From positions 1-60,269 of the forward strand of contig JAHQXB010000123.1 of NCBI GenBank assembly GCA_029856435.1: 60,269 bases of DNA, read 5' to 3'. Position numbers and translations under genes: made by a program. The DNA is from Candidatus Jordarchaeia archaeon. Its GTDB lineage: Archaea; Asgardarchaeota; Jordiarchaeia; Jordiarchaeales; Jordiarchaeaceae. Of this stretch, positions 47,728-57,648 are shown in pieces (position 1 is the first letter of the stretch; every line of letters begins with the position of its first letter). The notes below the pieces were generated by a model. The model ran no database searches. It saw only the letters and a program-made list of their open reading frames with translations, and was not told the DNA's origin.

Positions 47728-49761
47728 CTATTTCGTAACAAATACTTCTTCCTGATTTTTTGAGAGCAATTTTCCTTCCTTTGTGAAAATCTCAGCTTTG
47801 GCCCAGATTTTTCCTTGGGGGCAGGATTTAAATTCGAACACGTGGTTGGTTTTACTTACACTGTCTGGCTCAATATTCAGTGTTGCCCGTTTTTCGTTAA
47901 ACCTTTTACCATCTTCGTCTTCTAACCAGTATACCAGCTGAACATTGGAATAACTTCTGTGCAGATCATTTATAATCCAAATAGTTCCCCTACCACCGGA
48001 TTTCACAACATCATTAACCTCTATACTGACTAGCACGGGTTGGTACCCTATTTTCAGGGCGTAGTAGCCTTTTTTGGGCTGGCGATAGTAGTCCAAAACG
48101 CTCCAAGTTATGGAAGGCCAGCAGTCCACGAACATGAACTGGAAGATTCCAGTCATTGGGTTGTATTTTGCCCGTCTATATGTTTCAATGGCGTACTTGA
48201 GAAGCTTATACTGATAGTTTTGGCTATTCTCCACAAACTCTTCCAAAGAATTTCCCAGCTCAATTTTTGCCATGTTAAAAGTCTGCATGTGTTGAAAGTC
48301 GTGGAAAGCCCACTTCTCCCAGTTGGGTGGCCAGAGATCCTCGTCAGACATCATCTTTTTCAGGGTATCTACATTTGGGAGGGCTTGGGCGCCAAATTCA
48401 GTACAGAGGGGCTGGGCGAGGAGCATAGAGTACTTTCTGTAGTCTTCCTCATACCAACCCGGGTAAATGTGGAACTCGGTGGTTGAAGCGATGTCCACAT
48501 AGCGTGTAGCATCCTCTTCTGACGCTGCAACCATTAGGAGGGTATCGAGACTCCTTAATTGGTGCAAGTCGGGTTCGTTGTGGCAGCACCAGACAACTAT
48601 GCTGGGGTGATTATAAAAGGTTCTAATCATGTCCCTAATTTGTCCCACGGCCTTTTCTGCAAAGTCATCGCACCTTGAATACCACCATTGCAGGGCAAAA
48701 TCCTGCCAGACCATTATGCCGTTCTCGTCGCAGGCGGAGTAGAATTCCTCCCTGTTGACATGTGCGTGCACCCTTACTGTGTTAACATTTGCTTCCTTTA
48801 GAAGCCGCATATCTTCCCGTATTTTTTCGGGAGTGTATTCTGAGAGCCACTGGGTGGGAATAATGTTAGTGCCCCTAACGAAAATTTTTAAACCGTTAAG
48901 ATACCAATTCCACCCCGAATCTATCCTGACTTCTCTAACACCGAATCGCTCCCTTAAAGAATCGAGAACATTTTTACTGTCTCGAACCGCAACCAGCAAA
49001 TAGTACAGGTTTTGTTCTCCATGATCCCAAGTGCACCAAAGTTGCGGCCTTTTCATACTCAGTACAAAGAATAGTTGGTTCTTCCCCCTAGATAAGAACA
49101 CGTGTTTAAACCTTGATATTTTGTCTCCCGAAGAAGAGTTTACAGGTTCTACTTCTATTTCGACCATTACCTCTTTAGGATAATCTAAATTCTCCAGTTC
49201 AACTTCAACAATTATTCTGGCAAGTTTTTCAGATTCAATTTTAGGCGATATTTTAACTCTGGAGATTCTTACTTTACTCGTTATTAGCAAGTCCACATCG
49301 TTCCATATGCCTCCAGTGTTATAGTCTTGGCCATGTTCTGGATCCCAGGAGCCTGGACGGCAATCATGGTGGCTGAGAACCCCCTTAATTAGTCTCTTGT
49401 AACATGGCCAAACTGGTTTTTCTTCCTTCGGAGAACTCACCTTGACAAGCAACGAATTCTCCTCCCTGATAACCTTAGTAACGTTAAACATGAAGGGTTG
49501 GAAATATCCCTCATGGTGGCCTACGAAGACTCCGTTTAGATAAACGTCTGCAAAATAGTCAACGCCTTTGAATCTAAGCCAAAACTCTTTATCTGCTGGT
49601 ACTTCTTCCAGCCTGAAGCTTTTTTGGAAGTAAACGTTTCCAGAGAAATCCACACCTCTAAGGTACCAGTTTGAGGGAAGCAACATTTCCCTCCAATCAG
49701 AGTCATTACTTGGAACAGACTCAAAACTGTATCTCCATTTTCCATTTAAGCTAATTCTCAT
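47728..49761 (-). CDS. Glycoside hydrolase family 2 (beta-mannosidase-like)
   Basis: FKGVDYFADVYLNG, FGVREV, RGTN, RVHAH, WQDF, WCCHNEP (acid/base), TEFGAQ (nucleophile). Confidence 0.92.
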   Translation of the reverse strand: MRISLNGKWRYSFESVPSNDSDWREMLLPSNWYLRGVDFSGNVYFQKSFRLEEVPADKEFWLRFKGVDYFADVYLNGVFVGHHEGYFQPFMFNVTKVIREENSLLVKVSSPKEEKPVWPCYKRLIKGVLSHHDCRPGSWDPEHGQDYNTGGIWNDVDLLITSKVRISRVKISPKIESEKLARIIVEVELENLDYPKEVMVEIEVEPVNSSSGDKISRFKHVFLSRGKNQLFFVLSMKRPQLWCTWDHGEQNLYYLLVAVRDSKNVLDSLRERFGVREVRIDSGWNWYLNGLKIFVRGTNIIPTQWLSEYTPEKIREDMRLLKEANVNTVRVHAHVNREEFYSACDENGIMVWQDFALQWWYSRCDDFAEKAVGQIRDMIRTFYNHPSIVVWCCHNEPDLHQLRSLDTLLMVAASEEDATRYVDIASTTEFHIYPGWYEEDYRKYSMLLAQPLCTEFGAQALPNVDTLKKMMSDEDLWPPNWEKWAFHDFQHMQTFNMAKIELGNSLEEFVENSQNYQYKLLKYAIETYRRAKYNPMTGIFQFMFVDCWPSITWSVLDYYRQPKKGYYALKIGYQPVLVSIEVNDVVKSGGRGTIWIINDLHRSYSNVQLVYWLEDEDGKRFNEKRATLNIEPDSVSKTNHVFEFKSCPQGKIWAKAEIFTKEGKLLSKNQEEVFVTK

Positions 49762-49866
49762 TGATGTTCGCCTTTGCCAGTTAAATCTAAAACCATTAAA
49801 AAGGCATCTTTTGGAATATACTGCTTCAGTTTCTGTTTAAAAAAGGTTTATGGTTATTTTAATTGG

Positions 49867-49974
49867 GGTGATGTAGAATCGTTCGGTTTCGCCTCAAAAA
49901 AGGGGTGTTTATAGGGCTTCTTTCACGATTTGGAGCCTTATTAGGAAGATGGAACCGAATAAATCTGCATCACC
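49867..49974. mobile_element. 108-bp MITE with 24-bp TIRs starting GGTGATG and 11-bp TSD
   Basis: TIRs 19/24 identical. ATTTTAATTGG is directly repeated at 49856-49866 and 49975-49985. Confidence 0.85.
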
Positions 49975-50024
49975 ATTTTAATTGGGAGGGGTGGCTTTAA
50001 ATATCAAATGCAAAAATTATACTA

Positions 50025-50597
50025 GTGCAGAATCAAAATCTTATTTCTCTGGAAAGGATTTTTAGAGAAGTGAAATATTTGAGGTTTTGGCTGGTTTCAC
50101 CAGAGGCTTTGAAACAGAAATGCTTGGAGTTTATCATCCTTGAAGGATATTTTAACCCGGAGACCTTTTCAGAGTTAGAATACTCTCTCCACAACCAAGA
50201 ATATCCAAGCAAAGTCCTCATCTCTGAATTGTGTAGAAATATTAGATGCCCAACCATTTGTGAAAAATGTCAAGCTGATTGCACGCACAAAGAATTTTGT
50301 AAGCAGGTGGCGAGGCTGCACATTGATAGAAGTCCACCATGTATAAGAAAAGCCTACAACTTGGGCGAGTTTCGAATAGTTAAAAACTATTTCAAGTCGC
50401 TAGGACTTCTACCCAATACAACGGAAGAACGCCTTGGAGTGAAATGCACATTTATGAGAAAAGTGGGGCTGTGCGAAACGGACAATTTCTGTAAAGGTAT
50501 GAAGACAGGAATTTTAACTGAATACTATAATATACGCTTAAAAAGAAAAATCACCGAAGAAATAAAGAGTAATAGGCCTCAAACCTTTGGGAAATAG
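50025..50597 (+). CDS. Cys-rich protein resembling the primase large-subunit (PriL) C-terminal Fe-S domain
   Basis: SPPC106...C141-x8-C150-x5-C156...YY pattern plus an upstream six-Cys cluster; judged by motif recognition only. Confidence 0.65.
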   Translation: MQNQNLISLERIFREVKYLRFWLVSPEALKQKCLEFIILEGYFNPETFSELEYSLHNQEYPSKVLISELCRNIRCPTICEKCQADCTHKEFCKQVARLHIDRSPPCIRKAYNLGEFRIVKNYFKSLGLLPNTTEERLGVKCTFMRKVGLCETDNFCKGMKTGILTEYYNIRLKRKITEEIKSNRPQTFGK

Positions 50598-50620
50598 AGT
50601 AGCCCTCCAACTGTTTTTTC

Positions 50621-51709
50621 CTATTTTTTCCAGAGCTTCTGGGCGATTTCAGATGCGCGGTGTTTCTGCCAAAGTTCTAGGTACCTCAATATGTTTTCAT
50701 CGTTTCGGTAAACGTCAAAAACAATGTTGTACTTTGCCTCCAGTACTGGGAGGAATGATCCCTGCAGTGCATCTCTATAAGTTCTAATACCTTCAGGATC
50801 TTCCTCATCAAGAACTTTGATTATCGTCTTCGCTGCTAATTCGCCCGACTCGAGGGCATAAGGAATTCCTTTGCCCGATATGGGATCCACTAGGCCAGCG
50901 GCGTCTCCTACTGCTACCACGCCCCCTTCGTGGAATTTTTCGCGAGTTTTTAGGGGAACCAAGTGGGCCGAGGTTCTGATGGTTTCCCCGCTGGATAAAA
51001 TTTTTTTTATAGGTTCGTAGTCTAGAAACTTTTGAAAAGAATTCCTCGTGTTACTAATATCTGATAGTCGGCAACCCCATCCCAAACTTATCACATTTCT
51101 TTTAGGAAAAGCCCACCCATAACCAAATTTACTTATGTCTTTGCCAAAATAAAAGTTGATGGTCTTTTCACCTATGATTTCCGCTATTTTTTCTTTTTTA
51201 GATAGAATCTCTTTTTGTACGGTCAGGTATACTTCATCTGCTTTGAAGGGCCTCCAACCAATAGACTTTAAAGTTGGAGAATTGACCCCATCAGCTGCAA
51301 CCACCATCCTAGTTTCAACATCACCCCTCTTTAGTTTAAGCTTATAATGATCGTTTCTCCACGTAACACTTTTCAGAGCTTGAGACTCCATAAGCTTTGC
51401 ACCGGCCGCAGCCGCAAGGTATTGAAAGTAACCATCAAACTTTAGCCTCCAAACCACGGCGCCGAAACCAAGCCTGTGAAAAACTTTCCCCGAAGTGTGA
51501 TAAGTTACAAGAGATTCCACTTCACGCTCAATTACCTCACTTGGAATTTTATATTTGCTCACGAGTGTTAATTCTATAGCTCCACCACAGGGTTTGTACC
51601 TCGGAATCTCATCCCTATCAATCAAAACTACCTTGTATCCCGCCTCCGCAATGTGAGCTGCGGACAATGAGCCTGAAGGTCCGGCGCCAACCACAGCAGC
51701 ATCATACAA
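50621..51709 (-). CDS. Geranylgeranyl reductase family flavoprotein
   Basis: GAGPSG, KPCGG, ADGVNS, YGWAFPK, VGDAAGLVDPISGKGI. Confidence 0.92.
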   Translation of the reverse strand: MYDAAVVGAGPSGSLSAAHIAEAGYKVVLIDRDEIPRYKPCGGAIELTLVSKYKIPSEVIEREVESLVTYHTSGKVFHRLGFGAVVWRLKFDGYFQYLAAAAGAKLMESQALKSVTWRNDHYKLKLKRGDVETRMVVAADGVNSPTLKSIGWRPFKADEVYLTVQKEILSKKEKIAEIIGEKTINFYFGKDISKFGYGWAFPKRNVISLGWGCRLSDISNTRNSFQKFLDYEPIKKILSSGETIRTSAHLVPLKTREKFHEGGVVAVGDAAGLVDPISGKGIPYALESGELAAKTIIKVLDEEDPEGIRTYRDALQGSFLPVLEAKYNIVFDVYRNDENILRYLELWQKHRASEIAQKLWKK

Positions 51710-51915
51710 ATATTTTAAACCTCACCTAATTTGTGTTATTCTGAATGGTCAACTCCACTCATAAATATTATCCCAAAAAACAGCATATATTGTTATTCCA
51801 TAAAAAACGGTTAAAAATATCTATTATTATTTATTTTCAATTTTAGAGCCGATGAAACCTTTTTATAGAAGAAAGAAGCATTCTAAAGATAAATTATTAA
51901 AAAGAGGAAAGTAAA

Positions 51916-52158
51916 ATGCCCAGAAAAAAAAGCGAAACAATCATACCAGTTGCACCAATCGATAGACTGATCAGAAACGCCGGCGCGGAAAGAGTTTCAG
52001 AAAGTGGAGCTGCAGCACTAGCCAAAATCTTAGAAGAACTTGGGACGGAAATAGCGCGACTAGCAGATGAGATGGCGAAGCACACTGGAAGAAAAACCAT
52101 AAAAGAAGAGGACATCGACTTGGCATACAAAACATGGAAAAAAACAAAATTCCCATAA
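51916..52158 (+). CDS. Archaeal histone (HMf family) with short basic extensions
   Basis: IPVAPIDRLIRNAGAERVS...HTGRKTIKEEDIDLA. Confidence 0.96.
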   Translation: MPRKKSETIIPVAPIDRLIRNAGAERVSESGAAALAKILEELGTEIARLADEMAKHTGRKTIKEEDIDLAYKTWKKTKFP

Positions 52159-52291
52159 CAAACCAATAAACATCTAGCAGATACGCACAAACTGGTATTT
52201 CAAATAGTACTACTTTGAACAAAAATTTTCCAAAGCGCTATCCTATTATTTTTAAAGCTGTTAGAATCTAAGTACGAAGTCAGAAATGCTT

Positions 52292-54514
52292 TTATCTTGA
52301 AACTCGCAGCTCATACCGGAGTACATCGCCTAGGTTCTCAATCTCTGAAATATTGTATATGCTGCCTCCACTTTTCTCTGCGATGCTTTGGCAAATCTTC
52401 TTCCGCCAATTCTTCATTAACGCGTGGCTTTCTGGACGGATAACAACAGTGCGAATGTTTTCCTTTTTTATCAATTTAGCTATCTCCTCAATCTCGTATA
52501 GTAACTGGTTGTAGGATTCCATCTCAGACCTCATCTGTTGAATGTAAGAGTAACGTTTTTCAGAAAAATTGCCGGCGTTTAGTGGCACATTTGCGCCCCC
52601 GTCACTAATAGTTACTAGGAAGGGTACTACCTTGTTATCTTTCATTTTCTCCCGTTTCAGTACTTCGAGTCCTTTGACCAGTCCTGCTGCTAGGGGAGTC
52701 CAACTTCCAGATTTTACGGTTAACAGTTTTGCAGTTACCGTTTGCAGGTTTACTGTGGGATATTGCATTACTTCGGCGTTGTAGCCTTTGAATACCACCA
52801 GTCCCACGCGGTCTCTTTGGCGATAGGCTTCATCGTGCAGGGAGAGTATCACCTGTTTGACTTTTTTTAGGTTTTTAAACATTGAGCCGCTGGCATCAAG
52901 TACAAAGACTATGGAGAGTGGGGCGCGGTACTCAAATATTTTTTCGCGAATATCTTGGGTTCGGATATTTACTGCCAGATTTTTGTTTTTTCTGCTTTTT
53001 TGGTAGGGTGAGGATGCTCTTATTGACGCATCCAATGCGATGTGCCTAGTTTTTTCTTTGGGGATTTTGTAGTAGATGTATCTTCCTTTGTCTGAGGAAC
53101 CTTTTGCTTTTAGCCTCCTTCCCAAAAAGCTGGGTTCATCCTTTCTGAAGTAGCTTTTATACTGCTGCCTAAAAAATTCTCCAAGAATGTTTGCCTTCTT
53201 GAGCTCTTCTAGTTCTTCTTCTGTTAAGGCATCAAATCTTGGGTCTCTGATATTTATCATTCCATCTCGGTCTTGGCCTTCTTGTTGCTGTGTGTAGCGG
53301 TTCAAGAGGTCTTGGTAGGGGATGTCCTGATTTGACGGAGCGGCTTGCATGCCTTCCTCAAATGAGATGTTTTGAATATCTTTTCCCGAGGCATCCTCAC
53401 TTTTGGTTTGTTGTTGACCATTCATTTCGGCGTCGTTACGAAAAAAACCCATGGCCTCTTGTTGCTTCACTTCGTTTAGTGTTTTTTCGAATGCTTCTGC
53501 TATCCTTTTGTTTACCGTTTCTGCATCTTCGAATTCAAATTTTCGAATTCTGTGACCTAGGGCTAATTCCGCAGCCTTTAGCACGTCTTGTTCGTTTACT
53601 TCTTTTCTTCCGTCCAAGGCTGCTAATGCTTTGGCGCAGCGCATAACCGTTATATCCCCTCTATGGGTGCCTACTCCCAGCTCCAGGCACAATCTTACAA
53701 TGGTTACCAGAAGGTACGTTGGTATTTTTACTTCTGGAAGAATTTCTTTAGCCTTCACTATCCTTTTCTGAAGATCCTCTTCTTCACTCTGCCACTTCTT
53801 CAGAAACTCTTCCTGGTTTTTATCAAATTCTTGGATGCGGTTTAGTATCTCCAGTCTTTGTTTAACATCCTTGAGAGGGGCCACCTCTACCTGTAGGCCT
53901 ATTCTGTCAAGTATTTGTGGTCTTAGTTCCCCCTCCTCAGGATTCATACTTCCCACTAACACGAAGCTTGAGGGGTGGGATACAGATACGCCTTCTCTTT
54001 CTACAGTGTTAACCCCAAAAGCTGCGGCGTCTAGAAGGTCGTCCACTATATGGTCACTTAGAAGGTTAATCTCGTCTACATATAGTATTTGCCGATTAGC
54101 TTCAGCTAGTATGCCTGGCTCCAGAGCTTTAACTCCTTCCTTTATTGCCCTTTCAATGTCTAGAGATCCCACAACTCTATCCTCTGTTACCCCCAAAGGA
54201 ATTTCAACAACCCTCATCCTCCTGACCTCATATTCTAAGGTATCGTTTTCCTTCAGTTTGGCTTTACACATTTCACACATAGTTGATGGATTTGCGGGAT
54301 CGCAGTTAAATGGGCAATTCTTAACGAATTCTATTTCTGGCAATAATGCAGCTAATGCTCTCACTGCAGTAGATTTCCCTGTGCCTTTCTCTCCACGGAT
54401 CAATACGCCACCGATTTTAGGATCTATAACGTTTAAAATTAGACCAAGCTTCATATTAGTTTGGCCGACTATTGCCGTGAAGGGAAAAACAACTTTTTTA
54501 TATCGAACAGACAT
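52292..54514 (-). CDS. ChlI/ChlD-type chelatase AAA+ ATPase with vWA domain
   Basis: [33 protein letters not shown], acidic/Gln-rich linker, MIDAS DASGS. Confidence 0.92.
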   Translation of the reverse strand: MSVRYKKVVFPFTAIVGQTNMKLGLILNVIDPKIGGVLIRGEKGTGKSTAVRALAALLPEIEFVKNCPFNCDPANPSTMCEMCKAKLKENDTLEYEVRRMRVVEIPLGVTEDRVVGSLDIERAIKEGVKALEPGILAEANRQILYVDEINLLSDHIVDDLLDAAAFGVNTVEREGVSVSHPSSFVLVGSMNPEEGELRPQILDRIGLQVEVAPLKDVKQRLEILNRIQEFDKNQEEFLKKWQSEEEDLQKRIVKAKEILPEVKIPTYLLVTIVRLCLELGVGTHRGDITVMRCAKALAALDGRKEVNEQDVLKAAELALGHRIRKFEFEDAETVNKRIAEAFEKTLNEVKQQEAMGFFRNDAEMNGQQQTKSEDASGKDIQNISFEEGMQAAPSNQDIPYQDLLNRYTQQQEGQDRDGMINIRDPRFDALTEEELEELKKANILGEFFRQQYKSYFRKDEPSFLGRRLKAKGSSDKGRYIYYKIPKEKTRHIALDASIRASSPYQKSRKNKNLAVNIRTQDIREKIFEYRAPLSIVFVLDASGSMFKNLKKVKQVILSLHDEAYRQRDRVGLVVFKGYNAEVMQYPTVNLQTVTAKLLTVKSGSWTPLAAGLVKGLEVLKREKMKDNKVVPFLVTISDGGANVPLNAGNFSEKRYSYIQQMRSEMESYNQLLYEIEEIAKLIKKENIRTVVIRPESHALMKNWRKKICQSIAEKSGGSIYNISEIENLGDVLRYELRVSR

Positions 54515-54630
54515 AGCTTTAGTCGCTCCGTGCTATTAAGTTATGTGGAACTAGAAATGAAGCTTCCTTCATATTGCACGCAACCATTTTAAGGTAATAG
54601 GGACAAATACTAGAAAACCAAAATACCTTT

Positions 54631-54651
54631 TTAACTTTATCATAAAGTTAA
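54631..54651. promoter_or_regulatory. Perfect 21-bp palindrome TTAACTTTAT-C-ATAAAGTTAA, candidate operator
   Basis: 10-bp perfect arms in a divergent intergenic region; an 11-nt partial copy (AACTTTATCAT) lies at 54908-54918. Confidence 0.6.
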
Positions 54652-55002
54652 CAGCATAGCTTTTTGTTCACCTTTCCATTTCTTTAAACTTTTATTTTCG
54701 CAATGGTCGCACATTCAATTTTTAGTTGTAATTATACTAATGAAACTGCACAAAAGATCCATGTACCATACCTTCCCTAAAAATTAAGGAAAAGCTTTTT
54801 TCCCATAGAAAGTTCACATAAAGAACGCTGCATATTACGATGAGTATGCAAATGAGTGGGTAGGCCAAGAAATTCTGCAAAGTACAGTAATTCTCCTCAG
54901 GAAAGGAAACTTTATCATTAGGTGCGAGAATAGGATAAACTAAAAACACTTTTAGGCGTCTATAGAATTAAATATAAATAAAATGTTGAGAGAAGGATTC
55001 CG

Positions 55003-55992
55003 GTGGCAAAAATGAAAACAATAATTTATGCAGGTGCAGAACTTCCCCCCATACTAAGAGTAATGTCTAAAGCGTATTCCCTGAGTGATGTTACCATAAT
55101 AGCAAATAACATACATGACTACTACTTTTCTGGTTTAAAAATTATGCATGAAACGGACAGTGCAATACTTCTTTTATCAAAAATCAAAGATGGTGTGGAC
55201 TCCTACACACTCCAAGGCATACTAGAAAAGTTTGGCGTTAAAACCAGCATACCTACATCAGACGCCAAGATTGGGATCACCTTGTATAGAGAAGGAAAAT
55301 TAAAAAATAACCAGGACCTTGTAAGCGTTCATCGGGATCTATGTAAAGCCCTACAGCTTAAAACAAACGTAATACCCTTTACGAATGGAGAAGTCGAAGC
55401 GACTGTCAAAACAGGGGAAGGCGAAATAAGCTTATTAGAATACTTTACTGCAAAAAAGGAATTTAACGTTAAAAAACTGGAATTAGAAGGAATGGAAAAA
55501 ATAAAGCCTTTTGATCAAGTGGTAAAAATCATAAAAGATAGTGAATCAATACTCATCACACCCAATGATCCAATAAGCATCATGCCAATCATAAAAAACA
55601 AAAATATTCAGGAAGCCATCGAAAACTGCCAGGGACACGTCACAGTAATTTGTCCTCCAATCACTAAAAGGTCAACCCTCCTTCTAGAAACGCTGGGCAT
55701 CGAACCAACGCCCCTAGGGGTAGCCAAAACCTTTGAAGAACACATAGACACCTTCATAATAAACCGCAACCATCAGGACCTCAAGCCGCAAATAGAAATC
55801 CTAAAAATGGAAGTCGTCGCCACGGACCTGTACGAAACAGAAGCCGAATATGGAAATACAATACCAAAACCAATACAAGAACGCTTCCAGCTGGAAACCA
55901 AAGCCCCACCAGTAATCACCGGATTAAAAAAGGGAGTCCAAAAAATAGGAAAAATATTAGGAACCCCCGAAAAAACCAAAGAACAAGAATAA
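55003..55992 (+). CDS. CofD/UPF0052-like protein with degenerate active site
   Basis: VTIIAN, VIPFTNGEVEATV, LLEYF, ILITPNDPISIMPI, VTVICPP, IDTFII occur in CofD order, but the GGxG, DxD and GPSNP/SGPA motifs are missing or altered. Confidence 0.7.
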   Translation: MAKMKTIIYAGAELPPILRVMSKAYSLSDVTIIANNIHDYYFSGLKIMHETDSAILLLSKIKDGVDSYTLQGILEKFGVKTSIPTSDAKIGITLYREGKLKNNQDLVSVHRDLCKALQLKTNVIPFTNGEVEATVKTGEGEISLLEYFTAKKEFNVKKLELEGMEKIKPFDQVVKIIKDSESILITPNDPISIMPIIKNKNIQEAIENCQGHVTVICPPITKRSTLLLETLGIEPTPLGVAKTFEEHIDTFIINRNHQDLKPQIEILKMEVVATDLYETEAEYGNTIPKPIQERFQLETKAPPVITGLKKGVQKIGKILGTPEKTKEQE

Positions 55993-56003
55993 TCACCAAA
56001 AAC

Positions 56004-56026
56004 CTACTCCTTTTTTCTAGGAGTAG
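56004..56026 (+). terminator. Hairpin CTACTCCT-loop-AGGAGTAG with T-run
   Basis: 8-bp stem starting about 11 nt after the stop codon. Confidence 0.45.
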
Positions 56027-56120
56027 AACGCTTGTAATTCCTCAATCGAAAAGGTAATATGTAAGTGTAGAAGATTAATTCATAGAACCTATTTTTTGGG
56101 TTAATGGGGATTGAAGAAAT

Positions 56121-57065
56121 ATGGATGGCGCAGACTATGGTACCCTAATAATTTTAATGGTGGTTGTAATCTTCATATTGTTGGCATTAATTGTGCCCAA
56201 CATAAAAATATTGAGGGAGTATGAGAGGGCCGTAATATTTAGGTTGGGAAGAGTATCTGGAACCAAAGGGCCAGGTATAGTGTTCCTTCTGCCCCTCATA
56301 GACCGAGCGGTTAAGGTGGACCTAAGGGAAAACTACTTCGAAATTCGGAGACAAATGTGCATAACAGGGGACAACAGCCCTTTGGACATTGACGTGTTGT
56401 TCTATTATAGAGTGATTAATCCTGAGGATAGCGTGGTTAAGATTAAAGACTTTCGGGGTGCAGCCATTGGCATTGCACAAACCACCCTAAGATCGGTAAT
56501 TGGGGACATTATGCTTGACGATGTGCTCGCCAAGAGAGAATACATCAATACCGTTCTCAGAGACAAGTTGGACGAGATGACTGAGCGGTGGGGTGTTAAG
56601 GTTACCAGTGTTGAGATCCGAGAGATTCTCCCTCCCAGTCGGGTTCAAAACGCTATGGTTCGCCAGATGGAGGCGGAACGGATTAGGCGAGCTATGGTCA
56701 TTGAGGCTGACGGTACCAAAGAAGCAGCGATTAAAGTGGCTGAAGGTGACGCACGCTCCGAGATTCTGAAGGCTGAGGGAGACCGTGAGGCGGCTATCTT
56801 AGAGGCGGAAGGTGTGAAGCAGAGCATTATTTTGGAGGCAGAGGGTGAAGCACTAGCTCTTGGTAAGGTTTTTGGAGTTGTAAAGGATATTGATAGTAAG
56901 ACCATGACTTTGCAGTATCTAAAGGCTCTGGATGCGCTCGGAAATAATGAACAAACACGTATGATATTTCCATTGGATTTCTCTTCTCTTACGGGAATGG
57001 TCTCGGAACATGTGGATAAAGCATCTGAAGAAGACGCTCGTAGTTCTAAGAAAAAGGTCAAATAG
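56121..57065 (+). CDS. SPFH/band-7 (stomatin/QmcA-like) membrane protein
   Basis: N-terminal TM helix, EYERAVIFRLG, GPG, TLRSVIG, WGVKVTSVEI, AERIRRA and EAEG coiled-coil repeats. Confidence 0.95.
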   Translation: MDGADYGTLIILMVVVIFILLALIVPNIKILREYERAVIFRLGRVSGTKGPGIVFLLPLIDRAVKVDLRENYFEIRRQMCITGDNSPLDIDVLFYYRVINPEDSVVKIKDFRGAAIGIAQTTLRSVIGDIMLDDVLAKREYINTVLRDKLDEMTERWGVKVTSVEIREILPPSRVQNAMVRQMEAERIRRAMVIEADGTKEAAIKVAEGDARSEILKAEGDREAAILEAEGVKQSIILEAEGEALALGKVFGVVKDIDSKTMTLQYLKALDALGNNEQTRMIFPLDFSSLTGMVSEHVDKASEEDARSSKKKVK

Positions 57066-57109
57066 AAGAGATTGAGTTAGGGCTAAAAACTGTAAGGATA
57101 ATTTGTGTT

Positions 57110-57427
57110 TCAAACTCCCTTAACCTTTTCTTTGACTTTGTCGAGGTCGCCGACTTCCAGCACAATAGGGAGCTGGGCATACCCTGGTAAGCCATGTGTG
57201 ATTTCTTCAAGCAAGTATACCAGCGCTTCTTTGGGTGTCAAATTTCTCTCCTCTAGATTTGCCTCAGGTAATGTTAACGATGCTTCCACCCATTTTTCCT
57301 TAGTTACGGAATCTGTTGGATACAGGCAGTAAATATAATCCTCGGTATTGATGATAATCGAGGGGGGTTTCGTCCAAGCCTCGTCGAGGTATTTAAGCAT
57401 TTTTTCAACATTTTTTTCCTTAGACAT
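57110..57427 (-). CDS. Hypothetical protein
   Basis: About 105-aa ORF with GGTGA RBS before the ATG at 57427. Confidence 0.65.
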   Translation of the reverse strand: MSKEKNVEKMLKYLDEAWTKPPSIIINTEDYIYCLYPTDSVTKEKWVEASLTLPEANLEERNLTPKEALVYLLEEITHGLPGYAQLPIVLEVGDLDKVKEKVKGV

Positions 57428-57648
57428 TAATTCACCAACCACTATTTGGGAGCGAGTTCTATAAATTCAACTATTTTAATTAGACAGAATTCACTAATAA
57501 AAATATGTCCTCTCTTAATTACGGATTGGCTGCACTTGTCTATTATTTAAAAGTCAATCCCTTAAAAGCATATTTTGTGGGTTTAGGGTATAATTTAAAT
57601 ATTTTTCAACGTACTATTTTAATCCAAAATGTGCTTGGTGGAGAATAA

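Noticed and set aside
54737-54949. 70-aa minus ORF and a stop-interrupted plus frame in the intergenic region
   Set aside because: No RBS or family motif. The region is better explained as a divergent promoter.
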